DNA of 64,000 nt, taken from the NCBI GenBank assembly GCA_046331705.1, contig JAXLQJ010000008.1, positions 1 through 64,000 of the forward strand. The letters run 5' to 3'. Both the position numbers and the translations under genes were made by a program. The notes under the pieces are model-generated. The model saw only the letters and a list, made by a program, of their open reading frames with translations, did no database searches and was not told where the DNA came from. Shown here piece after piece: positions 27,705 to 39,826 of the stretch; position 1 is the first letter of the stretch; each line of letters starts with the position of its first letter. The stretch is from a bacterium (GTDB lineage: Bacteria > JADJOY01).

Positions 27705-28703
27705 CGCTCGCCCCGCCAGGAACTCGCGGCGCACCGCGGCGAAACGCGGCCCCTCGAAGATCTCCCGGACCGAGTCCGTGCCCAGGTTCCCCAACGACTC
27801 CATGCGGCCGTTGGTCATGCAGCAGAGGAACGTGTCGCCGTTCCAGGCGAAGAACGCGTGCAGCCACGGCGCCAGGCACGCCCGCCGATCGAAGAATCCG
27901 CGCGCGTAGAGCCCTTTCGACGAGAGCCCGATCTCTTCCTCGGTCACGCCGAACGGGTAGACCCGCGCGGGATCGGTCGGGAACCCGTAGCGTCGACGCA
28001 GCTCGAGCACCCGCGGCGCGATCTCGCGGTTGTACGCGCGGATCTGCGAGCGCGTGAGGCGTCCGCGCCGCTCGCCTTTCTCGTCGATGGGCATCGGCAC
28101 CAGATCGGTGGCGCCGAGCTCGCCCGCCAGTCGCACGGCCTCCGGCAGCTCGCGGAAGTTGCTCGCCATGATCACGAAGTTGATCCGGACCTTCACCCCG
28201 GATCCGTAGCGCTTGATCCAGCGCACCGCGGCGAGCGAACGCCGAAACGCACCGCGCCGACCGCGAATCGCCTCGTGGGTGGCGGCGTCCGCGCCGTCGA
28301 GTGAGATCGACACCGCGTTCACGCCCAGGGAGGCGATGCGCTTGGCCGCGTCCTTGGTGACCAGCGTGCCGTTGGTGGTGAAGTTGACCTTGAGATCGTG
28401 GCGCGTCGCCGCCTCGACGAGATCGAGGAAGTCGCGGCGCAGGAACACCTCGCCGCCGGAGAAGTGGATCTTGCGGCAGCCCAGGGCGGGAAGCTCGGCG
28501 AACACCTCCCGCCAGCGCTCCGAGCCGAGCGTGTCCTCGCGAGTGGTCTTCCAGTACTTGCACATCGTGCAGCGCAGATTGCAGCGCGACGTGAGCTTGA
28601 TCTTGATGCAGCGCAACGCGGGCGGCGGCGCGTCGCCCGCGAGGCTCGCCCCGAGCGACGCGAGGAAGTCCCGATCGCGAACGAGCTCGGGAACGGCGTA
28701 CAC
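27525..28703 (-). CDS. Radical SAM protein with C-terminal SPASM/twitch domain
   Basis: GTG at 28703 just after the upstream stop; CNLRCTMC, FSGGE, TTNG, SLDG; C-terminal CLAPW...LCC...GNL...CRRC. Confidence 0.92.
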   Translation of the reverse strand: MYAVPELVRDRDFLASLGASLAGDAPPPALRCIKIKLTSRCNLRCTMCKYWKTTREDTLGSERWREVFAELPALGCRKIHFSGGEVFLRRDFLDLVEAATRHDLKVNFTTNGTLVTKDAAKRIASLGVNAVSISLDGADAATHEAIRGRRGAFRRSLAAVRWIKRYGSGVKVRINFVIMASNFRELPEAVRLAGELGATDLVPMPIDEKGERRGRLTRSQIRAYNREIAPRVLELRRRYGFPTDPARVYPFGVTEEEIGLSSKGLYARGFFDRRACLAPWLHAFFAWNGDTFLCCMTNGRMESLGNLGTDSVREIFEGPRFAAVRREFLAGRALSACRRCDLFLPENALLHASLDERGQGAGAGIGRGDEAAALTVGGSSVAGGEQARDGAL

Positions 28704-28705
28704 GT

Positions 28706-29563
28706 TCAGGCGGCCTTCGCCGCGCCGCGGCCCAGCCCGTAGTAGGCCCAGCTCAGCATCGTGAGGATCGTCGTTCCCGAGCCGAGGCGAGGCACACCCT
28801 GGAACGCCGCCGAGGTGCCGCGGCCGTTGCTGCGGCGCGCCGCGGGAGTGCGGACCGCGAGGAAGAGCCGCCGGCCGCGGCCGCGCTTCACGCGCTCGTT
28901 GCACCACGAGAGATCCGGGTGGTGGCCGAGGCGAGGGATCACCTGCTCGGCCGGGCCGTAACGCTTGTCGAGCCGCAGCAACAGCGAGACGTCGCTCACG
29001 AACGTCTCCTTCACCTTCACGTACTTCCGCTTCGGCTTCGACTTGCGGGAGACGCGATCGGTGATGGCGGCGTCCACGGCGGTGCCGTCGGCGAGCGTGG
29101 TGCGGACCTCGAGCCATTTGTGCAGGTATTTCTCGGGCTGCCCGGGCTTGGCCTTGGCTTTGGCCTTGGGGGCCGCCGGATCGACTCGCTTGGTGCCCGC
29201 CTGGTGGTACTCGCGGAAATCGAGCAAGAGCTGGATCGGCTCGGCGGCGGGGACGTCGGCGCGCAACGTGCGAATCAGCTCGATGGCGGCGTCGAGCTTG
29301 CGGTCGTCGACGTCGTGTCCATGCTCGCGGGCGACCAGCGCCAGCACCGGAACGACGAGCAAGAGCCCCAGGAACGGCAGCTTCGAGCCGAGCTGCTCGG
29401 ACCAGTAGCCGAGGCCGAGGCCGCCGCCCACGACCATCGCGAGGGCCGTGGCACAGCCGATCTTGATGCGCTTCTCGGCCTGATCGTCGCGCACGGCGGC
29501 CGCTTCGAGGCGCGCCAAGAGCGTGTCGGCGGGCTCCGACAAGCGGTGCAGGATCTTCTTCAT
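28706..29563 (-). CDS. Hypothetical membrane protein (2 TM helices plus basic soluble domain)
   Basis: ATG at 29563 with GGAGGA RBS; two hydrophobic segments followed by DVDDRKLD and a K/R-rich domain. Confidence 0.7.
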   Translation of the reverse strand: MKKILHRLSEPADTLLARLEAAAVRDDQAEKRIKIGCATALAMVVGGGLGLGYWSEQLGSKLPFLGLLLVVPVLALVAREHGHDVDDRKLDAAIELIRTLRADVPAAEPIQLLLDFREYHQAGTKRVDPAAPKAKAKAKPGQPEKYLHKWLEVRTTLADGTAVDAAITDRVSRKSKPKRKYVKVKETFVSDVSLLLRLDKRYGPAEQVIPRLGHHPDLSWCNERVKRGRGRRLFLAVRTPAARRSNGRGTSAAFQGVPRLGSGTTILTMLSWAYYGLGRGAAKAA

Positions 29564-30702
29564 CCGCCGATCCTCCGGGGCGCGGACGCGCCGATTCGTT
29601 CGAGCGCGGCCCCAAGCCTCTCGCGGAACGCGCTGACGGTAAAGCGGGATTCGACGACCGCGCGAGCCCGAAGCCCCATGGCCTCGCGCTCCTCGGGATT
29701 CGCCAGGTGCCAGGCGATTCCGTCGGCGAGCGCCGCGGCGCTGCCCGGCACGACCAGCCGCGCGGTGTCGCCGTCGCTCAAGATCTCCTCCACCGGCGCG
29801 ATGCGCGTGGAGAGGATGGGCCGCCCCGCGGCCATGTATTCGAGGAGCTTGATCGGACAGCACCCCTGCAAGGCGTTGCGCGGATCGGCGGCGAGCGGCG
29901 CAACGCACAGGTGCGCGGTCGCGAGCACCGCCGGAAGATCGCGCTGCTCCATCGGCCCCGAGAGGTGCAGCGCCTGGTGGACCCGCAACCGGCGAGCGTG
30001 CGCGCGCAGTGCCCGCCGCCAGCTCGCCTTGAGCGGCCCCACCACGTGCAGCTCGGCGAGCCCGCGACCACGCGCGAGTGCCAGCGCCTCGAGCAGCGTT
30101 CCGAGTCCCTGCCACGGCGAGAGCGTGCCCTGATAGACGATCCGAAACGGCGGCGTGGCAGGCGGTGGGAGCGGCGGCGGCACGAACTGCGTGACGTCGA
30201 CGCCGTTCGGGATCACCGCGACGCGCTCGGGATCGGCACCCATGCGGCGCACGAAGAGCGCGGTGGTGCCAGACGGCACGAGCAAGCCGTCGACTCCCGT
30301 CGCCAGCGCGCGCTCCTCGTCGATGATCTTGCCCAGCAGGCGCTCGTTCCCGCGCAGTCGCGGATGGTGGTAGCTGAGCTCGACCGAGGGGAAGCCGTGC
30401 GCTTCCCAGATCGCTCGCCCGCCGCTGCGACGCGCCCACTCGAGCGCCGCGACGCCTTCCCAGATCCCCCGGAACTGCACCACGTCGGCGCGGCGCGCGG
30501 CGAGCCAGTCGCGGGTACGCGCGCGAAACGCGATCATCCGCTCCAGGAAGTTCCCGCTCGCCGGCGAGTCGTCGGTGGCGGCGGGCGTGAGATGGTCGAC
30601 CTCGTGACCGAGAGCGCGAAAGGCGTCGAGCGTGAGACCGATCCGAACCCCGGCCCCTTTCGGCGAGGGATAACGGTCGCTCGTGACGTAGAGGATCTTC
30701 AC
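29560..30702 (-). CDS. Glycosyltransferase family 4
   Basis: GTGA-coupled start VKILYVTSDRYPSPKGAG; IPNGVD; PIKLLEYMAAGRPILST. Confidence 0.9.
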   Translation of the reverse strand: MKILYVTSDRYPSPKGAGVRIGLTLDAFRALGHEVDHLTPAATDDSPASGNFLERMIAFRARTRDWLAARRADVVQFRGIWEGVAALEWARRSGGRAIWEAHGFPSVELSYHHPRLRGNERLLGKIIDEERALATGVDGLLVPSGTTALFVRRMGADPERVAVIPNGVDVTQFVPPPLPPPATPPFRIVYQGTLSPWQGLGTLLEALALARGRGLAELHVVGPLKASWRRALRAHARRLRVHQALHLSGPMEQRDLPAVLATAHLCVAPLAADPRNALQGCCPIKLLEYMAAGRPILSTRIAPVEEILSDGDTARLVVPGSAAALADGIAWHLANPEEREAMGLRARAVVESRFTVSAFRERLGAALERIGASAPRRIGG

Positions 30703-31844
30703 GCGAGCAGCCCGCGCCACACCGCCAGGTGGGCGTCGCGCTCGGCTTCGACGGTGAACGCGCGCGCGACTCGCTCGCGAGCAGCCACGCCCACCTGGGC
30801 CAGACGCGCGGGGTCCTCCGCCAGCAGCTCGAGCGCGCGCTCCGGGAACGCGTCCAACCCGGCCGGATCGACGAGAAAGCCGCTCACGCCGTCCTCGATG
30901 GCATCGCCGATCCCGCCGACCCGCGTGGCGAGCACGGGCCGCGCGCACGCCATCGCCTCGAGGACGGCATTGGGCAGCCCGTCCCAGAGCGAGGGGAACA
31001 CGAAGAGATCCATGGCGCCGTAGAGCCGTGCCAGGCGCGCGGGGTCGCGCTCGAAGGGCAGCACGACGATGCGCTCGCGCGCCGCAGCGCTCAGCCTCGT
31101 CCACGGCTCGTCGCGCGCCGCGTCCGCACGCAACCCGCCGAGGCAAACGAGCGTGCCGCGACGCTCGGCGGCGAGGGCGGTCGCGACCGCTTCGAGCACC
31201 GGCAACCCTTTCTTGAGCCGCAGCTCGCCGGAAAACGCGACCCATGGTCGCGGCGCCGCGGCGAGCAGCGTTGGGATCGCGCCGTCCACGCCGCCAGCGC
31301 CCGGAGCGAAGCGCAGGACGTCGACTCCATTGGCGATCCGGTGGAACCCCTCGCTTCGTCCCGAGACGGCCCTCGCCTTGGCGAGAATCTCGTGGGACAC
31401 GCCGACGATCGCGTCCGCGTGCGCGAGCACGAACGACAGCCACGCGAAACGCGGCCCGTGGAAGAGCGCGCGATCGACGTCGTTGCCGCGCAGGCTGACG
31501 CACACCGGCCGCCCGGCCGTGCGCGCCACACAGGTCGCGACGTGGCCCGCCGGCACGGCGAAGAAGCCGTGGACGAGGTCGTATCGCGCCGCGCGCAGCA
31601 GGTTCTCGGCGGTGGCCGCGAGAAGCTGAAGGGACTCGGCGTCGTCGGCGCTACGACCGACGCGAGCGCGTCGGTAGCCATCGCCCTCGCCGACGTCGAC
31701 CCGACCCGCAGGAAGCTCCGCCGTCAAGCCGAGCACGTCGAGTCGCTCGCAATGCGGCGCGAGCGCCGCGACCTGTCGCCCTGCCGAGACCGCCGCCCCG
31801 CCGCGATCCGGCGGAAACCGCTCGCTGATCCAGAGCACCCGCAT
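30699..31844 (-). CDS. Glycosyltransferase family 4
   Basis: MRVLWISERFPPDRGG, IANGVD, FVFPSLWDGLPNAVLEAMACARPVLATRVGG. Confidence 0.92.
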   Translation of the reverse strand: MRVLWISERFPPDRGGAAVSAGRQVAALAPHCERLDVLGLTAELPAGRVDVGEGDGYRRARVGRSADDAESLQLLAATAENLLRAARYDLVHGFFAVPAGHVATCVARTAGRPVCVSLRGNDVDRALFHGPRFAWLSFVLAHADAIVGVSHEILAKARAVSGRSEGFHRIANGVDVLRFAPGAGGVDGAIPTLLAAAPRPWVAFSGELRLKKGLPVLEAVATALAAERRGTLVCLGGLRADAARDEPWTRLSAAARERIVVLPFERDPARLARLYGAMDLFVFPSLWDGLPNAVLEAMACARPVLATRVGGIGDAIEDGVSGFLVDPAGLDAFPERALELLAEDPARLAQVGVAARERVARAFTVEAERDAHLAVWRGLLA

Positions 31845-31883
31845 CGCGCGGCAAGCGTAGCAGTCCTGCGACGGTGGCAGCAC

Positions 31884-31928
31884 CGGCGCCGCTGCGCACG
31901 GCGCCGCTGCGCACGGTGCCGCTGCGCT
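31884..31928. repeat. Intergenic tandem repeat, 3 x 15 bp (CGGCGCCGCTGCGCA)
   Basis: Copies at 31884-31898, 31899-31913 and 31914-31928 (third copy has 2 mismatches). Confidence 0.8.
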
Positions 31929-31941
31929 CCGCCGTCGCGGA

Positions 31942-33897
31942 CTACTGCTTGAGCGGCCGGGTCAACGTGTCCGCGAAGAGATCGGCGATCTGGCCGAGGG
32001 GAACCGTCAGACCAAGACGCAGGTTCCAGGGGTTCGGATCGAGACCCGAACCGAGCAGCAAGCTCGAACCGAGCACGAGATACCCCTGAGACCCGAACGG
32101 CGCCTGCACTTCCATGTCCATGCTCACGCCCGTCCCCGTCTCGAATCCCGGCAACCCGTCGTCGTTCACGATCGCTGGGCGCTTCTTCCCTGCATCCAGC
32201 ACCACGGGCTCATCGGCCAGATCGGGGATGGACGCACGCGTCCAACCGAACCGCATCGCGATCTCGTAGACGCGTGGCTTGTAGGTCTTGGGCTGGTCGA
32301 GCGACGGCAGCGGCATCGGATCGAGCAGCAAACCCACGATGAACGCGCCACCCACCACGAATCGTTCGTGGATGTCCTGAACGCCGCGATCGGTGACCGC
32401 CTCGTAGAGAATCTCGGCGTTGAGCGCGGTGCTCATGCGCGAGTACTGCTCGTCCTTGTTCTTGATCGGCAGCAGATGGTCGGTGTGCAGCAAGGGCCAA
32501 CCGACGGCCGCGCTGCCGTTCACGTCGCCGGAGCCGACCACCGTCGATGCGGTGGTCTTGTCTTGCGAGTTGAACGTGACACCGAAACGCAGGTCGTAGT
32601 CCGAGGGGAAGAAGCAGCTCACGAGCGGGGCAAGCCTCCACGTCTCCACGCTGGCGATGTCGCCGTCGAGACAGAAAGCTCGCCATTGCTCCGAGACCGG
32701 CACGCTCGAGGGTGAAGGTTGGGCACGATTCCGAGCGCGCGACGCCTCAGAGCCCTCCGCATCCGAACGCGGGCCCGAGTCTTCGAGCGGTTGCTCTGCG
32801 CCACCGCCGGCTCGCAGGAACGTATCGGCCGCGTCGACGGTGCGCCCGAATTCGAGCCCGAGCTCACGCGCCGCGGTCTTGCCCTTGGTGACTCGCTTCA
32901 GTGCCGTGGCGAGCTTGCCCTCGTCGACGTCGACGTCGGCCAGCTTCAGCTGAGACTCGAGCGATTTCTCGCCGATCTCGGCCATCGTGAGTCGCGCTCG
33001 ATTCCAGCCGAGCCGGTAGCGATAGCGGGCCTCGAGGTAGGCGCGAGTCGAGACATCGGCGCCATCGAGATAGAAACGCTCGTCCTTCTGCTCGCCTTGG
33101 CCGTTGGCGTCGGGAGACGAGCCGGGCAGCGTCTTGATCGCGAACGGGGCGAGACTGACCACGCCCGAATGAACGAAGAAATGCTCGGTGTTGAAGCCCG
33201 GCTCCTGGAAGGCCTTCACGCGCGCCACCTCCGTCTCGCGAACCGTCTTGGCGGGCGCGTACGCGTCGCGGGCCTTGATGGCCAGATCTTCGGCGTCCTT
33301 GACCCCCTTGCCGGCCTTCCGCGCCTCGATCCACTTCGAAACCGCTCCTTGCCATGCTTCCGCGAGCGACTTGGCGATCGTCGCCGCGCTGCGGACGACC
33401 TCGGGCTGGTCCTTCGCCGCCTCGACGGCCTTGGTCTCCGCTTTCACCGCGGCATCGGCATCCGCCTTCATCTGTTCGGGGCTCTCGGCCTTGAGCGCTG
33501 CATCCGCGGTGTCGAACACCGACTGCGCAGCCTCGGTCTCGGTCTTCCCATCCGTAGCCGATTTCTCCTTCGCACCATCCGCCGCGTTCGCGGCCCAAGC
33601 GTCCGCAGCGGTCTTCCACGCGCTGGCTGCGGCTTGCCAGTCCTTCGCGCCCTTCACGGCGGTTTGGGCGAGATTCTTGAGATGGGTGTCTTCCTTCTCC
33701 CCATCCAGCGTGGGCTGGACGCGTTCGAGCGCCTTCTTCGCGGCCTCCCCCGCGCTGGTCGCGAGAGCCTGCATCTGCGCCGGAGTGATCGACGCCGCAG
33801 CGCTCGCCAGTCGCCGATCGCCCAACGCCAAAGCGAGCAGCAGCCCGACATGCGCCCAGGCGCGATGCGGACGGTGAGGAAGAGACGCGCGCCGCAT
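31942..33897 (-). CDS. Exported hypothetical protein: A/K-rich helical N-domain plus possible beta-barrel C-domain
   Basis: ATG at 33897 with AAGGAG RBS; signal-like N-terminus; helical repeats; C-terminal amphipathic strands. Confidence 0.7.
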   Translation of the reverse strand: MRRASLPHRPHRAWAHVGLLLALALGDRRLASAAASITPAQMQALATSAGEAAKKALERVQPTLDGEKEDTHLKNLAQTAVKGAKDWQAAASAWKTAADAWAANAADGAKEKSATDGKTETEAAQSVFDTADAALKAESPEQMKADADAAVKAETKAVEAAKDQPEVVRSAATIAKSLAEAWQGAVSKWIEARKAGKGVKDAEDLAIKARDAYAPAKTVRETEVARVKAFQEPGFNTEHFFVHSGVVSLAPFAIKTLPGSSPDANGQGEQKDERFYLDGADVSTRAYLEARYRYRLGWNRARLTMAEIGEKSLESQLKLADVDVDEGKLATALKRVTKGKTAARELGLEFGRTVDAADTFLRAGGGAEQPLEDSGPRSDAEGSEASRARNRAQPSPSSVPVSEQWRAFCLDGDIASVETWRLAPLVSCFFPSDYDLRFGVTFNSQDKTTASTVVGSGDVNGSAAVGWPLLHTDHLLPIKNKDEQYSRMSTALNAEILYEAVTDRGVQDIHERFVVGGAFIVGLLLDPMPLPSLDQPKTYKPRVYEIAMRFGWTRASIPDLADEPVVLDAGKKRPAIVNDDGLPGFETGTGVSMDMEVQAPFGSQGYLVLGSSLLLGSGLDPNPWNLRLGLTVPLGQIADLFADTLTRPLKQ

Positions 33898-34090
33898 GGA
33901 ATCGCTCCTTTGCCGACATCCGCGGAAGCTGCGAGCCGGCCCATCGGTGGAACAATTTAGGTGGTGCGCTCTTACCAATCGCACGCCCCTCGGTCAAGCA
34001 AGACCGATCCGCACGCGCCGATCACGAAAGCCGCCGCAACCGCGAGCGCGCGGTGCGGCGGCACGCGTCGGATCGCCGGAGCGAGCGGGG

Positions 34091-35056
34091 TCACTGCGTC
34101 CAGGACACGAACACCACGCGCGGCTCGCGTCGGCCACCGCCCACGTCGGCGTGGCCGATGGCGGCGTAGACGCCCCAGTAATAGGGGATCAGATCGGCTC
34201 CGCCGGGATTGTGGAGGCCGTTCCAGCCCTCGCCCACCCACGGTCCGGTTCCGACGCGCGAGCACGCCGAGAGCGGCGTCGTGCCGCAGAGCGCGTAGCC
34301 TTCGCCGTAGGGCTTGCCGTCCGCGCCCTCGAAGTTCCCGCCCGAATAGAAGAGGTGGTAGTTGCCGTCGCCGCCGGTCACCAGGCTCGGCGCTTCGACG
34401 GTCCCCGCCTCCCAGCTGCCGCGATCGGCCGAGAGCAGCGTGGTGACTCCAGTGGCACAACCCAGCATGTCGCTACGCAGTCGGCAGCCCTGGATCTTGC
34501 GGGTCACGCTGCTGTATCGGCCGTAGCGCCCCCAGTCCACGCTCCACAGCAGGTAGTAGTTGCCGTTGTAGTCGTAGACCACGTCGGGATCGATGACGCC
34601 GTTGTGGCTCGGATCGCGGTAGACGGGCCCGCCGCCGATCGGCGTGAACGGTCCGCCGGGCTTCGAGCTCTGCGCCACACCGATCGCGTGCTCGCCGAAC
34701 GGGCTACCGTCCCAGGCGACCGTCGCTGCGTAGAAGAGATAGTAGGTCGAGCCCTTCAGCACGACCTCCGGACCCCAGAAGTGCCCGAGCGCCCACGACG
34801 GCGCGGTCGGCAGGGCCTCGGTGATGCCGCTCCAGCTCGCCCCCGTGAGCGACGAGGAGGCGTAGTGGGGAATCCGGAAATAGCCCCAATTCGTCGCGAA
34901 CAGGTGGTACTGGCCCGCGCCGTAGATCACGCCGGGGTCCGCGAGGTTGGTGCCGGGGAGAATCGTCGACGGTGTCGACGGGGACCAGCAGGCCGAGAGC
35001 GCCAAGCATGCGAGCGCCACCGACGCGAGAGACCGCTTCCGAGCCTGTCGTTTCAT
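34091..35056 (-). CDS. Glycoside hydrolase family 43-like lipoprotein
   Basis: Lipobox LSAC; ADPGV, WGPEV, IDPDV and EAPSL catalytic-type motifs. Confidence 0.87.
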   Translation of the reverse strand: MKRQARKRSLASVALACLALSACWSPSTPSTILPGTNLADPGVIYGAGQYHLFATNWGYFRIPHYASSSLTGASWSGITEALPTAPSWALGHFWGPEVVLKGSTYYLFYAATVAWDGSPFGEHAIGVAQSSKPGGPFTPIGGGPVYRDPSHNGVIDPDVVYDYNGNYYLLWSVDWGRYGRYSSVTRKIQGCRLRSDMLGCATGVTTLLSADRGSWEAGTVEAPSLVTGGDGNYHLFYSGGNFEGADGKPYGEGYALCGTTPLSACSRVGTGPWVGEGWNGLHNPGGADLIPYYWGVYAAIGHADVGGGRREPRVVFVSWTQ

Positions 35057-35275
35057 TGCGACCCTTCCGTGCGTGGATGTTGAACCGGGACGACGATCGT
35101 CCGGCGCGCACGAGCAATCCCCACGCCAACGCGATTCGCGACGCGCCCGCGCTGACGCACGCGCGAGCGCCCATCGAGCGCGCGCCCGAGTGCGCCGACA
35201 CGCGCGTTGGCGCCGCCTCCGGTTGGCGCGAGCGCCAACCCGCGATGGCGGCGAAACACGCCGCCGCGAGGCGCC

Positions 35276-35944
35276 TCAAGCGTTCGCGGTCGCGCCCGAG
35301 GCGCGACAGGCGCCGTCCACGATCAGGTACTGGGCCAGGTAGTAGGTCGCGTAGCCGGTGAGCACCAACGGAAGCGCCGGACGCGCGAGCACGAAGAAGT
35401 TGATGGGGATGTGGGAGTCGGAAAGCACGAACACGGCAGCGCCCCAGGCGATCCGGGCCGTCGACGCACGGTGGACCAGCGCGGCGACGGTCATGGCGCC
35501 GAGGATCGCGACGTAACCGATCACCGGCCACGCGACCGACCGCCCGTCGACGATCGGATCGCTGACGCCCACCCACGCCGCGGCGCACACGCAATAGAGA
35601 ATCGTGGCCGCGATCGAGATCGCGCGGCGCCTCCACAGCGCCGCGTCGCGCCGTCGCAAGAACGCGACGATGTACGCCAGATGACCGACCAGAAACGCCA
35701 CCATGCCTGGAACGAAGAGCCTCGGTGACGCGGTCGCGAGGAGAAAATCGCCCACCGATCCCATCGCCACGCCGAGCGTCACCGCGACGCCGTAGCCGGG
35801 GCGCGAGCCGCGCGCGGCCACCGCGACGAGCAAGGCCGTGGGAGCCGCCTTGAGCACCTCGATCCCCGCGAACGGCGGTACGAGACTGCTCGCGACCGAC
35901 ACCAGCGCGAGCGCGAGGTACGCGAGACGAGCGGCTGGGGTCAT
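35276..35944 (-). CDS. YhhN-like / lysoplasmalogenase family membrane protein
   Basis: GSVGDFLL, GMVAFLVGHLAY, GAAVFVLSDS, TYYLAQYLI. Confidence 0.88.
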   Translation of the reverse strand: MTPAARLAYLALALVSVASSLVPPFAGIEVLKAAPTALLVAVAARGSRPGYGVAVTLGVAMGSVGDFLLATASPRLFVPGMVAFLVGHLAYIVAFLRRRDAALWRRRAISIAATILYCVCAAAWVGVSDPIVDGRSVAWPVIGYVAILGAMTVAALVHRASTARIAWGAAVFVLSDSHIPINFFVLARPALPLVLTGYATYYLAQYLIVDGACRASGATANA

Positions 35945-36067
35945 GAGATCGGCGACGCGGCGCGCGCGCACGGACTTCGCCGGGCGGCGCGCGAGCCGAG
36001 CCGCGCTCGGGCACGCCCGCCGAACCGTCGAGCCTTCATCGCCCGGCGAGGGAAGTCGCGCGAACCC

Positions 36068-38046
<1,979 letters not shown>

Positions 38047-38050
<4 letters not shown>

Positions 38051-39441
38051 GGCTCTCCGGACCTCCCCGGCTCGGCGCGGTCCAGCGCGCAACGAACCGC
38101 AATTCGTGTACCACCGTCGACGACCACATCCATCCCACCTCCGAGCTGCTCCAACATGTAACCCACGAGCCTGAGCCCCAGCGACTGGGACTGGGACACG
38201 TCGACGCCCGCGGGCATGCCCACGCCATCGTCGCACACCATCAAGACGAAGTGGCGCTCCCCGCGCCGCCTCAGGTCGACGCCGATCGTCCCCGGTCGTC
38301 CCGCCGGGAACGCATGCTTGAAGGCATTCGAAACCAATTCGTTCACGATCAGTCCCAGCGGCAACGCGATGTCCGGCGTCAGGACGATGTCGTCCGCACC
38401 GATCACCGTGCTCACGTGCGGCGCGACGGGCGCGTAACCGTGCGCCACCAGGCCCACCAAGCTCCGCAGGTAGTCCTCGGCGCCGACCTGCGAGACGTTC
38501 GCCGATTGGTAGAGCTTCTGGTGCACCAGCGACATCGCGCGCACGCGGTCGTGCACCTCCCGGAACACCGCCCGCAGCTGCGGGTCGTTGACCTTGCGCG
38601 CCTGCAGGTTGAGCAGGCTCGACACCAGCTGAAGGTTGTTCTTGACCCGGTGATGGATCTCCTTCAGCAGCGCTTCCTTCTCGGCCAGTGACGCGCGCAG
38701 CGCCCGCTCGCTCAGCTTGCGCTGGGTGATGTCGATGACCGAGGCGAGCACGAAGAGGCCGTCGGGCGTGTGGATCGGATTGAGCCCGATCTCCACGGGG
38801 ATCTCGGTGCCGTCGCGCCGGAGCCCGTTGAGGTCGCGCCCCGCGCCCATCGGCCGCATGCTGGGTGTGGCGAAGAACTCGCGGCGCTGGTCGGGGTGGC
38901 TCACCCGGAAGCGCTCGGGGACCAACACCTCGATCGACTCGCCGAGGATCTCGTCGCGCGGCCAGCCGAAGACCTGCTCGACCTGCGAGTTCATCAGCGT
39001 GATGCGGCCGTCGGCCGCCACCAGCAGCATCGCGCTCGGCGCCGCCTCGACGGCGAGCATCAAGCGCTCGGCGGCGCGCTTGCGCTCGGTGATGTCGATG
39101 ATCGACGCCAGCACGAACACGCCGTCTTCCCGCGGTAACGGCGTGAGCCCGATCTCGATGGGAACCTCGCCGCCATCCCGGCGGAGGCCGTAAAGGTCCC
39201 GACCCGCCCCCATCGGCCGAGCCTGGGGAGCCGCCAGGAACCCCTCACGGTGGCGCAAATGCTCAGCGCGGCAGCGCTCCGGGATCAGATCCTCGACGGG
39301 TCGTCCCACCAGCTCGACGCGGGACCAGCCGAAGAGCCGCTCGGCTTGCGAGTTCACCAGCAGCACGCGGCCATCGCTGGCGACCACGATCATCGCGCTG
39401 GGTGCGGCCTCGAAGACGGTCCGAAAGAGTCGCTCGGGCAT
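38047..39441 (-). CDS. Cytoplasmic PAS-PAS histidine kinase (HisKA_2/HWE group)
   Basis: Two similar PAS repeats (EAAPSAM...RPMGAGRDL.GLRRDG); EIHHRVKNNLQ; NELVSNAFKHAF; SLGLRLV. Confidence 0.92.
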
Positions 39442-39826
39442 GAGGATGACTGCCGTCGAATCGTGGGGATGCAGGCCGGGCGGGCACGAGCGTCGAACGG
39501 GCGCGGCGGACCGGCGCGCGCGACACCCGCGCGCCGAGCGAAGCCAAGTGTCGCGCCCTCCTCGTGCCGCTCGCAAGTCACTTCCGGAGAAGTCGCGAAC
39601 GGTTCCGCCACGCACCAGCTCGACTCGCGGGCGCCCCGGCGCATCGATCAAATGAGGGCGGGAATCCAGGCAAGTGCCGATGGCAGGGCACCCGCGAGTC
39701 GTGCCGGCGGGGCCTCCGTGGCTCGCGCGGCGCGGCGAACAGGCATCCTCGCCGGCGCTGCTCGCGACGTCGCGAGCGAAGGCCACGCCCCGCTCGCGGG
39801 CGGCGCGCGAATTCCGGCACGGACCG

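Noticed and set aside
31884-31928. Tandem repeat as a CRISPR array
   Set aside because: 15-bp contiguous units with no spacers and no cas genes.
39640-39655. FNR box upstream of the PAS kinase
   Set aside because: Only one half-site (TTGAT/ATCAA) is present.
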